DNA from: an uncultured Thermoleophilia bacterium
Lineage (GTDB): Bacteria; Actinomycetota; Thermoleophilia; UBA2241
Assembly (NCBI GenBank): GCA_963790185.1
Contig: CAWBNR010000007.1
Coordinates: forward strand, 14,832-78,831
Direction of reading: 5' to 3'
DNA: 64,000 bases
Below, piece after piece: positions 10,381 through 19,971 of the stretch. The position numbers and the translations under genes were made by a program. The notes below the pieces were generated by a model, which was not told where the DNA came from, did not search any database, and worked only from the letters and a program-made list of their open reading frames with translations. Each line of letters starts with the position of its first letter. The first letter of the stretch is position 1.

Positions 10381-11354
10381 TTATCGCGAGGTGCGCGGTC
10401 TGCCCCTGGAACCAAAGAACTCGATGATCCCGTCAGGCATGAATATGATTACCACGATAAACAGGCAACCGTAAATGATGCGCGCCCACTCTGCTTTCAC
10501 GAACGTGGATAAGCCTTCGTTTATCACTGAAAGCGCCACCGCTCCCACCACGGGGCCCAGCCATGATTTGCCTCCACCGAACAGGGACATCAGCACGATG
10601 AGGATCGAGATGTTCACGTCAAAAACAATTTGCGGATCAATATAGCTCAGGTAATACGCGTAAATTCCACCAACCATTCCCGGAAAAAAGGCGGAAAGCG
10701 CGAATGCTTGAATTTTGAGCAAAGGAGCATTGATGGCCATGGTTTGGGCGACTTCTTCGTCTTCTTTGATGGCCTCTGAGTCCCGCGCCGAATCTGGAAC
10801 CGGCAATGCGGGCGCTGATCAAGACCGTGATGACCGTCAGCCCGAGCATCACCTCAAACAGAATGGACCGACTCAAGCCGATGGGCAAATCCATAGACTT
10901 GAGCCAGAGTCCGTCCGCACCTCCCAGGATGTCCAGATTCTTCACGGTCAACTGGACCACGAATGCGAAACAAAGTGTAATAACGGCGAAATAGGGTCCT
11001 CGTAATCTGAGGCACGGATATCCCACGAAGACTGCCACCACGGACGCTACGCCTCCGGCCGGGATGGCAGACAGATATCGTCCATACCGCAGAAAGGCCG
11101 AAATGCTTTTCCAGCATCGCGGTGGTATACGCACCAATTCCGAAAAAGGCCACGTGACCGAAAGAAAGGTATCCCGCATATCCTCCTATCAGATTCCACG
11201 ATGTGGCCAGCGTCACGTACATGAACACGTTGAAGAGGAGGGATATGAAGTAAATTGGCGGTGCGAGCAGGGGAAACGCAGCCAGACACGCAGTGAGTGC
11301 GATTGTCGTTCCCACAAACGCGCGTGCGGAGCCGGTGTGCTTCAGCCATATCAA
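10381..11354 (-). CDS. livM: Branched-chain amino acid ABC transporter permease LivM; two apparent frameshifts
   Basis: Three overlapping ORFs (10381-10806, 10637-11179, 10854-11354) together give a LivM-like membrane protein. Confidence 0.8.
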
Positions 11355-12227
11355 ACCTCACTCTGGAAGAGACCCTGAGGTCGCAGCACGAGAACGACCA
11401 TCAAGAGCCCGAAGGTGAGCAGGTTGACCCATTGATACGGCAAGAAAGCCAAAGACAGTCCTGTGATCACGCCAATAAGCAATCCGGCTGCTGCGGTTCC
11501 CAGCACATTGCCCACTCCGCCCACAATGACCACGAGAAAGAGATAGACCAACCAGAGGTTGTGCGCATACGGTTCGAAGGCATACAAAAGTGCCATAGCT
11601 ACGCCACCTGCTCCCGCAGACGCCACCGCAATGCCAAAGGTGATCATGCTGATCCGCTTCAGGTTCACGCCACACAACTGAGCAGCATCGGGTTGCTGCC
11701 AGGCCGCTCTCACCGCTTTGCCGGTGAAGGTCTTTTTCAGGAACAGATGGATGAGCAGAACCCCGAGTCCTGCCATCGCGAAACCAATGATACGTGGATA
11801 CTGAAAATATAAGCGGGCCCACCACTAGTACTCTGCTGGTGTAGTCCGTGGTGAGGAGCCGTGGATCCGGTCCCCACACCAGAAGCAAGAGGTTCTCAAG
11901 GATAATGGCAATCCCGAATGTCAGGATCATGGAAGAGACAATAACCTCCTTGGCCCGGGTGACGGGCACGATAAGGAAGCGATACACCACGCAGGCGACC
12001 AGAAACAGAAGAGGGACCGTCACCGAGAGCGAGAGAATCGGATCCACCCCCCAGTGTTTGAAGAGAGCGTACGCAATGAACGCACCCGCCAGACCGAAAG
12101 TGGCGTGGGAAATATTGATGACCTTCATGACGCCCCAGGTGAGGGAGAAGCCGACACCCAGCAGCGCATATACTGCTCCCATCATGATGCCGCTTATGAG
12201 TGATTGAATGACGAGGACCGTGTTCAT
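11351..12227 (-). CDS. livH: Branched-chain amino acid ABC transporter permease LivH; apparent frameshift near 11780-11810
   Basis: MNTVLVIQSLISGIMMGAVYALLGVGFSL... then, in another frame, ISMITFGIAVASAGAGGVAMALL. Confidence 0.8.
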
Positions 12228-12440
12228 GCCATTTTCCGATGTCGTTCGTATCCTTACCGGAGCGACTCCGATCGCTCGACCGTTCGTCCGACCATTGTCG
12301 CTCTCCCGCGGGGAATTCCCCACGCTCAGGCGAAGGGGAAGCCCTTTTTGAAGCAAAGGGCCTCCCGCAGGCTTTCACTCAGTGTTCTGTGGCGCAAATA
12401 CGGGTGCGTATTTATGGGAATGTCATCACCCAAGTCGTCA

Positions 12441-12502
12441 CCCCGGCGAAGGCCGGGGTCCAGAGAATTCTGAGAAGACTGGATTCCGGCCTCCGCCGGA
12501 AT
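12441..12502 (-). promoter_or_regulatory. Two intercistronic GC-rich hairpins between livK and livH (CCCCGGC-GAAG-GCCGGGG and TTCCGGC-CTCC-GCCGGAA)
   Basis: Perfect 7-bp stems at 12441-12458 and 12485-12502 in the 330-nt livK-livH spacer. No U-tract follows, so a stabiliser or partial attenuator is more likely than a full terminator. Confidence 0.3.
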
Positions 12503-12555
12503 GACGAACCCATTACGTCACCGCAATTCCGCCATCGAGCACTCAGCCCCGTTCG

Positions 12556-13758
12556 CTATTTCCATGGTGGCTTGGGATAGACCGGATTCGCCGTCCGGAC
12601 GTTAAGAGGCCACACCAGTTCGACTCGGCCATTGACGATCTGGGTACACAGATTTGTGGGTGCCGGGAGTCCTTTTGCATCGAATTTCATGGGGCCGGCG
12701 ATGGTATTGACCGTGTTGGCTTTAAGCCAATCCCGGATCTTGGTCTGGTCCAGACTCTTGGCGCCTTCCACGGCCTGAGCGAGCGTCTGCATCCAACAAT
12801 ACCCGAAACCGAAATACAAGGGATATCCGTCCAGGTTGTAGGTTTTCTTCACGTATGCGTTCACCGTGTCGTTTCCCGGAAAATTGAGCCGGTTATGCAA
12901 CGAGGTACCGGAAAAGACGTAATTTCCATCGGGTCCCAATTCTTTGAGCCATGCGGGCACTACGGAACCGATAGCCTGAACAATGGCTTTGGGATTGTAG
13001 TCCAGAGCTTTTGCCGCTCGCACCGTCATGACACCGTCGTCAAAGAATCCGTTGGAGAACAGGATGTCGCAGTTGAGTTGCTTGGCCTTGAGTATCAGCG
13101 GGGTCGCGTCAGGTAGGGGAAGATTGTACTTCTCTTGCACGGCCACCTCTATCCCCAGCTTTTTCGCCCATTGGGATATCGAATCGGCAACCGACACGCC
13201 GATAGGGTTGTTCATGGTATACACCGCAGCCTTCTTGGGCCGCTGATCCGGAGGGAGCGTTTCCAACCACTGAAAGAAACCTTCGTACCACCATTCACCC
13301 ATGAGAGGGGGTGCGCCGAAGCAGTACGTGTACCCCTGCTCGAAGCTTTTCATGTGGCCGCCCATGGAGACGTACACATACTTGTGCTTGTCTGCCAAAG
13401 GCATCACTGCACGGGCAGCAGTCCCCGGATATCCTCCGAACAGGAGGTTTACCTTATCGACGGTGATGGCCTTTTCCGCAAAAGTTACCGCCTTGCTCGC
13501 GTTGGACTCGTCATCGTAAATCTTGAATACCACGGGTCTTCCCATGAGCCCGCCCTTGGCGTTGATTTCCTCTGCCCAGAATTTCATGCCGCGCTCTATC
13601 CACACTGCAGTTTCGGCAAACTGGCCTGTGAGAGGCAAAGACCCGCCAATGACGATGGGGTTTTCAGCCGCCCTCGCTGCGCTCACCAAACCCGTGACCG
13701 CCATGAGCCCCAGACAGAAGGCCAGGAAGGGGATTGTGCTACAGAAGATCTTTTTCAT
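12556..13758 (-). CDS. livK: Branched-chain amino acid ABC transporter substrate-binding protein (LivK/LivJ family), intact
   Basis: Signal peptide, then an intact 400-aa periplasmic binding protein (type I) fold. Confidence 0.85.
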   Translation of the reverse strand: MKKIFCSTIPFLAFCLGLMAVTGLVSAARAAENPIVIGGSLPLTGQFAETAVWIERGMKFWAEEINAKGGLMGRPVVFKIYDDESNASKAVTFAEKAITVDKVNLLFGGYPGTAARAVMPLADKHKYVYVSMGGHMKSFEQGYTYCFGAPPLMGEWWYEGFFQWLETLPPDQRPKKAAVYTMNNPIGVSVADSISQWAKKLGIEVAVQEKYNLPLPDATPLILKAKQLNCDILFSNGFFDDGVMTVRAAKALDYNPKAIVQAIGSVVPAWLKELGPDGNYVFSGTSLHNRLNFPGNDTVNAYVKKTYNLDGYPLYFGFGYCWMQTLAQAVEGAKSLDQTKIRDWLKANTVNTIAGPMKFDAKGLPAPTNLCTQIVNGRVELVWPLNVRTANPVYPKPPWK

Positions 13759-13803
13759 GGTTCTCTCCTTATCTTGCTGATGACTGCGGTTGAGTTGCCA
13801 GGA

Positions 13804-14508
13804 TCAAAGGCCCAAATATGAAGACTTGACTCGCGGATCACGCAGCAGTTTATCTGCCGAGCCAGACAGCGCCACTTCTCCGTTTTCCAGGAGATAGCCG
13901 TGTTTCGCAATGGACAAGGTGTGCAAGACCTCTTGGGACACGAGAAGCACTGCCAGGCCTTGATGGTTGAGCTCCTCGACGATGCGAAAGATTTCCTTTG
14001 CTGCAATGGGCGCAAGCCCCAGGGAAGGCTCGTCCAACATGAGTAATTTCGGAAGCCCCATGAGGGCTCGCGCGAGGGCCAGCATTTGCTGCTCGCCGCC
14101 ACTCAAACTTCCTGCACGCTGCTTTCTGCGTTCCTCCAGCCGTGGGAACAGGCCGAACATCTGCCGCTTAGTTTCCAATGTCCTCGCGCGTGCGGCGGGC
14201 ACATACGCGCCCATTTCCAGATTTTCCTCCACCGTCATGGCGGAAAAAAGCTTTCTGCCTTCGGGTACTTGAATGATTCCCAGGCGACAGATCTCGTCGG
14301 GCGAAAGTCCTGTTACGGAACGGCCTTGCCACAGAATCCGCCCTCCGGAACAAGGCAACAGCCCCGAGACCGCATTGAGGAGTGTGGTCTTTCCCGCTCC
14401 ATTTGATCCAATGAGCGCCACCAGGTCACCCTCGCCAACCTCGAGAGACACGCCCTGCAAGGCCCTTAGTTCCTGATAGCTTATCCGGATGTCCTCAAGT
14501 TGCAGCAT
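13804..14508 (-). CDS. livF: Branched-chain amino acid ABC transporter ATP-binding protein LivF
   Basis: Walker A GSNGAGKTT, ABC signature LSGGEQQ, Walker B LLMLDEPS. Confidence 0.85.
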   Translation of the reverse strand: MLQLEDIRISYQELRALQGVSLEVGEGDLVALIGSNGAGKTTLLNAVSGLLPCSGGRILWQGRSVTGLSPDEICRLGIIQVPEGRKLFSAMTVEENLEMGAYVPAARARTLETKRQMFGLFPRLEERRKQRAGSLSGGEQQMLALARALMGLPKLLMLDEPSLGLAPIAAKEIFRIVEELNHQGLAVLLVSQEVLHTLSIAKHGYLLENGEVALSGSADKLLRDPRVKSSYLGL

Positions 14509-15226
14509 ACTCGGCTCCCAAATAGGCCGTGATGACCTCACGATGATTGGTAACTTCGCTCGGGGACCCGTCTGCGATCTTGACGCCATGCTGGAGAGCG
14601 ATCACGCGCGAGCAGGTTTCCATAATCGCCTTCATGACATGCTCGATCATAAAGATAGTAGTGCCGAATTGGTCTTTGATGCGGAAGGTGAGTTCTATGG
14701 CTCCCTTGATTTCCGAGGGATTAAGGCCGGCGAAGACTTCGTCCAACAGCAACAGTTTAGGGGAGGAACCGAGAGCTCTGGCCACCTCCAGGCGCTTGCG
14801 GTCCTCCAGAGCCAGCTGGCCGGGATATTGATCGGCTTTGGCCTTCAGGCCGGTGAACGCGAGAATTTCGAGGGCCTTTTCTTGAGCCAGTTTCATGGTC
14901 TCAATTCCTTGGCTGCCGTAAAGTACCGCGGTGGCAACGTTTTGGCAAAGGCTCGAATCCATGAGAGGCCGCACGATCTGGAACGTCCTACCGACACCCA
15001 TGGCTGCAATCTTGTGCGGCGGGAGCCCGCTAATGCGCCGACCTTCAAAGGTGATTGTGCCCGCGTCAGGCGCGTACAAACCTGATATCACGTTAAACAG
15101 GGTGGTCTTGCCTGACCCGTTCGGCCCTATAAGCCCAACGATTTCACCTCGGTTGACGCGAAAATCCACTGCGGACAGCGCCATAACCCCGCCGAAACGT
15201 TTTGTTACTTGCGTTCCTTCCAGCAT
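14495..15226 (-). CDS. livG: Branched-chain amino acid ABC transporter ATP-binding protein LivG
   Basis: GPNGSGKTT Walker A; overlaps the livF start. Confidence 0.85.
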   Translation of the reverse strand: MLEGTQVTKRFGGVMALSAVDFRVNRGEIVGLIGPNGSGKTTLFNVISGLYAPDAGTITFEGRRISGLPPHKIAAMGVGRTFQIVRPLMDSSLCQNVATAVLYGSQGIETMKLAQEKALEILAFTGLKAKADQYPGQLALEDRKRLEVARALGSSPKLLLLDEVFAGLNPSEIKGAIELTFRIKDQFGTTIFMIEHVMKAIMETCSRVIALQHGVKIADGSPSEVTNHREVITAYLGAEYAAT

Positions 15227-15304
15227 GGTCCTCTCTGAACTTCAGGCGTGGAGGCTTCAAAAGGCCGCTCCTATTCTACGCACTGTCATCCCGCTCACTT
15301 GCTC

Positions 15305-16090
15305 TCATGTCTCATCCACGATGGCCACCGGTCTCACCCAACCGGCGCTGGCTCCTTTGACTTTTACGGGAAAGCAGCACACCGTGAATCCACTGGACCG
15401 ACCAATGGCCGAGAGGTTCGCCATTTTTTCCATGTGACAGTACCCGATCTCAATTCCTGCGAAATGGGCCTCCCATATGACCTTGGGGTCACCGGTCTCT
15501 CGGAATTCCTCTGCCAGGAAGGGCAACGGACGATCCCAGCTCCACGCATCGATTCCCGTCACCTTGACCCCTTTCTCCGTGAGAAAAAGCGTGCTCTCCC
15601 TGTCCATGCCGGCCCCCTTTGTGAGATATTCGGGGGTCCCCCAGGCTGCGTCAGCGCCAGTTTGAATAAGCACAATGTCCAATGGCTCAATTTCGTACCC
15701 AATGCGTTGGAGTTCCTTCTGAAGGTCTTTACTCGTGATTCGCTCTCCGTCTTGCTTATGGCGGAAATCCAGCACAACGCCACGGTTGAAACACCATTCC
15801 AAGGGCACTTCGTCAATGGTAAGCGCAGGAGCCGTGCGATCCATAAACGGGTGATAGTGATAGGGCGCATCCATATGAGTGCCACTGTGGGTGGTGAGCG
15901 TGAGAAGCTCCACGGACCAGCCCAGGCCTCTGGGGAGCTGTTCGGATTGGAGGCCTGGAAAGAACTCCTTCATTTGCTGTGCGCCCACCGCGTGATCGAA
16001 GTACTGTATCTTCGGGACCATGAAGGGGGGATCGCTGGGAAGATCGGTCTCGATAGCGATGCTGAGGTCTATGAAACGCTTACGTCCCAC
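15305..16090 (-). CDS. Cyclase-family protein (arylformamidase / kynurenine formamidase-like)
   Basis: HSGTHMDAPYH matches the HxGTHxDxPxH motif of the cyclase family. Confidence 0.7.
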   Translation of the reverse strand: MGRKRFIDLSIAIETDLPSDPPFMVPKIQYFDHAVGAQQMKEFFPGLQSEQLPRGLGWSVELLTLTTHSGTHMDAPYHYHPFMDRTAPALTIDEVPLEWCFNRGVVLDFRHKQDGERITSKDLQKELQRIGYEIEPLDIVLIQTGADAAWGTPEYLTKGAGMDRESTLFLTEKGVKVTGIDAWSWDRPLPFLAEEFRETGDPKVIWEAHFAGIEIGYCHMEKMANLSAIGRSSGFTVCCFPVKVKGASAGWVRPVAIVDET

Positions 16091-16286
16091 TGAAAAATCC
16101 TCCTCTATCCATTGCGGAATGCGTTCTCATGTGATCGGCAGTGCCGCCACTGCGGACCTGCGGTGCAGAGCGAGGAAATTGAGCTCGGCTATTTGTACCG
16201 GGCTGCCAAACTCGCCCACTCCTCACAAGGCCCACGGCACTCCCCCAAGGCACGCTGGAGCGCCTCACGGCGTTCCGTGGTCACCC

Positions 16287-18382
16287 TTACACCCTATATC
16301 GTTCGATTAGTTCCTTGAGCTGACCACCGACGTCGGCCAGTTTTCGCGCGGAGGTTTCCAGCTGCACCGTGCCTCCGACGTTTTGCCGCATGGCCTGTTC
16401 GATATTGACCATGGCCTGTGCCACCTGACCAACTCCCACGAGCTGCTGGTCGCTGGATGCCTCGATCACCTGTGCGGCCTGCGCGGACTCCCCGACGCTG
16501 CCACCGAGCACCCGGATGGCTTTTTCTGCCTCGCTGGATTCTTCGACCCCTGCATCTACGGCTTTCACGCCCTGTTCAGTGGCCATGACCACCGCACTGA
16601 CCCATCTGCGGGTTTCATCGAGAATGGACCGGACCTGTTCGGTGGCCGCTTTGGACTGGTCCGCGAGGCTCTTGATTTCTTGCGCCACTACGGCAAAGCC
16701 CTTGCCCTGGTCGCCCGCGCGGGCTGCCTCGATGGACGCGTTCACCGCCAGGAGATTGGACTGATCCGCGAGGTCCTGCACCGCGGAGATGATGGCCGCG
16801 ATCTGATCGCCGGATTCACTGAGTTTCTCAACCGTTTCGCCAATCGATTCCATTTGTTGCTTGATGTGGCGCATGCGATTTGTGGTGTCCGTGGTGGCCT
16901 TTTCTCCCCCTACCGAGACCTGGACCATCTTTTGAGCCGCTTGGGCCACGTTCCTGGCTTGTTCGTTCGACACGATGGCGGACTGCTTCACCTGTTCCAC
17001 GGTAACGGAGGTTTGTGTTACCGCAGACGAAGTTTTGGCAGTGGAGGTAGATAATTGCGCAACCGTGGTGGAGATTTCTGAGGCCGAAGAGGCGAGAATG
17101 TTCACCGCTTCAAGAGTGTCCCGAGTCTGACTTCTCAAGCTTTCCACCATTGCATTAAGAGCAGCGCACAACCTGCCCACTTCGTCACGAGACTTGGTTT
17201 TCACGTTCCTGGTGAGGTCGCCTTCTCTGATGGCTTCCGCGAGGCCTACCGCAGCCAATATCGGTCTGGTAATTGCGCCGGAAAGCACATACGATATGAA
17301 GAAGGCCGCAATAATGGTTATGATGGTGCCGAACAGGAGTACGCCGTAGGCCTTTGCTTCGGTTCCTTGAGCAGCTTTGGTACGCATTTCCAATATGGTC
17401 TGCTCCTGTGCCTTAAACGTCTCCATGAGGCTCCGCAAGTTGTCGAACAGTTTCTTGCCTCCGCCTCTGGAAACCTCCTGATTCACATCCATCATGGTTT
17501 TGGACCGGGCAATCTGACCCCGCAGGGCGATTTCCGGTTCGACCACGTCTTTGATCCATGCCTTCATGCGGTCTTCGATTTGTCCGAGAAGCATCACCTG
17601 TTCAGGGTTATCGATAACGGCTATTTCTCAGAAGATCGGTCTTCTGAAAGAATTGCACTCTTCCGACACGATAGGGTTCGAGGAATTCATCCTTTCCCGT
17701 GAGAAGGTACCCTCGAAGCCCAGTTTCGATGTCCACTGCGGCTCCGCTGAGCCTGAGTGCGTCCTTGACCACCTCGTTTTCACTATTCACCCACTGGACA
17801 GTCTGGCGCAGCTTTTCCGGGTCCATTTCCGCGTTTTGCGCATCAATTCGCTTGGCCAGGAGCGTTTCCTCATTCCCGACGAATGTCTGGATCATCTGGC
17901 GGAGCACATCAAAGGATTGTTTGCCTTGGCTTTGGGACACGAGGCCTGCCATGTGGTTCATGTCCTTGCCCTCGCCCACCTCGCGGCGTAGGGCTATTTC
18001 CGGTTCTGCAACCTGGCTCTTCCATTCTTTGAGCACCGTTCCTATTTGGTCCAGCAGGCCCTGCCTGGGATTGCGTTGTCAATTTTTTCGTTAATTCAGT
18101 CACATCGGTGAGGATGGTCTTTTCCGCGGCTTTGTACGGTTCCAGAAACTCTTCCTTGCCCGTGAGCAGATACCCATGAAGGCCTGTTTCCATGTCTACT
18201 GCGAACTTCTCGATGGTTTCAGCCTGCTGTACGATGCGATACGTCTGATCCTTTGTCGCGATGCTCTGGCTCATGGAACCGATGCTCAGCCACGCTACAG
18301 TGGACAGGATCACCACCAGAGCCACAGGCACGATTCCGCCGGTCATGGTTTTGGTTCTGATGCCAAGGTCTCTAAATCTCAT
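16287..18382 (-). CDS. Methyl-accepting chemotaxis protein with two CHASE3-like N-terminal modules and HAMP; two apparent frameshifts (~17600, ~18040)
   Basis: C-terminal signalling domain ([34 protein letters not shown]). The motif [17 protein letters not shown] / [17 protein letters not shown] occurs twice, in ORFs 17608-18036 and 17909-18406. Confidence 0.8.
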
Positions 18383-19195
18383 GTGGTCTTCCTTTTTCGT
18401 CGGCATCCGCTGCCACTGGAGCTACATGGGGCTCGGTCGCTCGTGCCGTCATACGAAGGTTCCTTCTTGGCTCCTTCCATGATCCCTGCGCCCATCAGGG
18501 CCATAGACCCCTCGCACGAGCTCATTCACCAGGGAAGCTACTTTTGACCCCAACTGTGGCCGCTGGAAGACGTTTCCCAAGGACAGATACTCTTCCTGGG
18601 AAGTCTCCTGGCTCTCTTTCAAAAATTCTTGTCCGCGTCGTCTCTGCGGTGTGGTTCCGAGTGGTCGAAACAATACCCTGCCGCGGCAGCGTCACACATC
18701 GTGGTGACCTGAGAAGTAGCCGTTTTCCGGAAAACGGTCTGTCGCTCGACAGCATCCTGGATTCCGAACCCTCGCGTCAACGAGTAAGGAAACCCTCACA
18801 GCGGTATGTGACCGAGCCCGCTGGCGTTGAGAATTTGGTGCACGACAGTCGCTCTTGCGCACTACGAATTCGGCCCACCGAACTCGTTCCCCGACACACG
18901 TGGGACAATATATGCAAGCTCACGCTGGGCGGAGGACCGCCTGTGTGGTTACCTTATACCACAAACGGATCCTCCGTCAAACACTGTGTGAGCCCATAGA
19001 ATGGCCTGTACATGCTGTCTTGGGCTGTCAGAGCCACCTTGTAAGACTGCAATTTCCTCGGGCGGTTGCTGGGGACAGGAGCTGGTTGCGGAGTGCCGCG
19101 TTACACGAACCGCTCTTGGAAAGGTGGCAGGAACGCGTCAGTTCGTATCAGGCGTGGTGTGTTGCAGTAGGTTCCGAAGGGTGGTGCGAAAGTTT

Positions 19196-19933
19196 TCACC
19201 ACGCCCTTTCGTTCACGAGGGAGGCAAATCGCTTCAATATGTCAGCCCCATAGGGAGTGTCCGCGCTCTTGGCAATCAGTGCAGCGGGATCCTGGCCTTC
19301 TTTCGACAGCTCTTCTCTATGCGAACTAATGTATTCTCGGACAATCATGGCATCGAACTCGGGGTGAAATTGTAATCCCCATGCGCAGTCTCCCACTACA
19401 AAAGCCTGGTTACTGTCTCGCTCGCTGTACGCCAGCCGCCTTGCCTGGGCGGGCAGGGTGCAGAACCGACTGAGTATGGCTCAGGTGTACCGTGATTGGC
19501 GTCGGCAATCCGCGTAACAAGGCGTCCTCTTGCGCTCTTTCCTCCAGGTTGACTTCAACGGTGCCAAATTCCAGGCCTTTCGGATTGTCTCCCACCTTAC
19601 CCCCCAATGCATAGGCCAGGAGCTGATGCCCGTAGCAGATTCCGAGCATCGGAATCCCTTTCTCCACACCAGCGGCCAGCCACTCTGCCGTTCGTTCACT
19701 CCAGTCTTGGTGTTCGGTCACCATGGAATGCGACCCTGTGACCACAACGCCCGCGGTGGCATCATAGGAGGGTAGGGCTGACCCTTTACACGAAGTCTAC
19801 GACGAGTGTGCCTTCATCGGGGATCTGCAATCCGCTCTGAATCCAGTTTTCAAAGTCGCCCTTTTGTGAGGCAAGGGAGGGCATTGTACTTCCGACCTTT
19901 GCGATGACAATCTTGCGCATCGGTGTATCCATG
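19196..19933 (-). pseudogene. Class I glutamine amidotransferase (GMP-synthase-like GATase1), disrupted by at least two frameshifts
   Basis: GICYGHQLL catalytic Cys motif (19410-19745) and LQFHPEF (19196-19396). The N-terminus MDTPMRKIVIAKVGS starts at 19933 in a third frame. Confidence 0.5.
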
Positions 19934-19971
19934 GCCCCTTCCTTTATATTCAGTGACCCCTTGCCACGTTT

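Noticed and set aside
11806-11870. Cluster of restriction sites (ApaI GGGCCC, SpeI ACTAGT, ScaI AGTACT, BamHI GGATCC) resembling a multiple cloning site
   Set aside because: The stretch translates in frame as a normal LivH transmembrane segment (VWGPDPRLLTTDYTSRVLVVGPLIF), so it is coincidental coding sequence and not vector DNA.
18544-19253. ORFs 18544-18999 and 18855-19253 (+), and 18449-18755 (-)
   Set aside because: Unconvincing composition, no ribosome-binding sites, and no motif. The region is better described as non-coding or a decayed gene.
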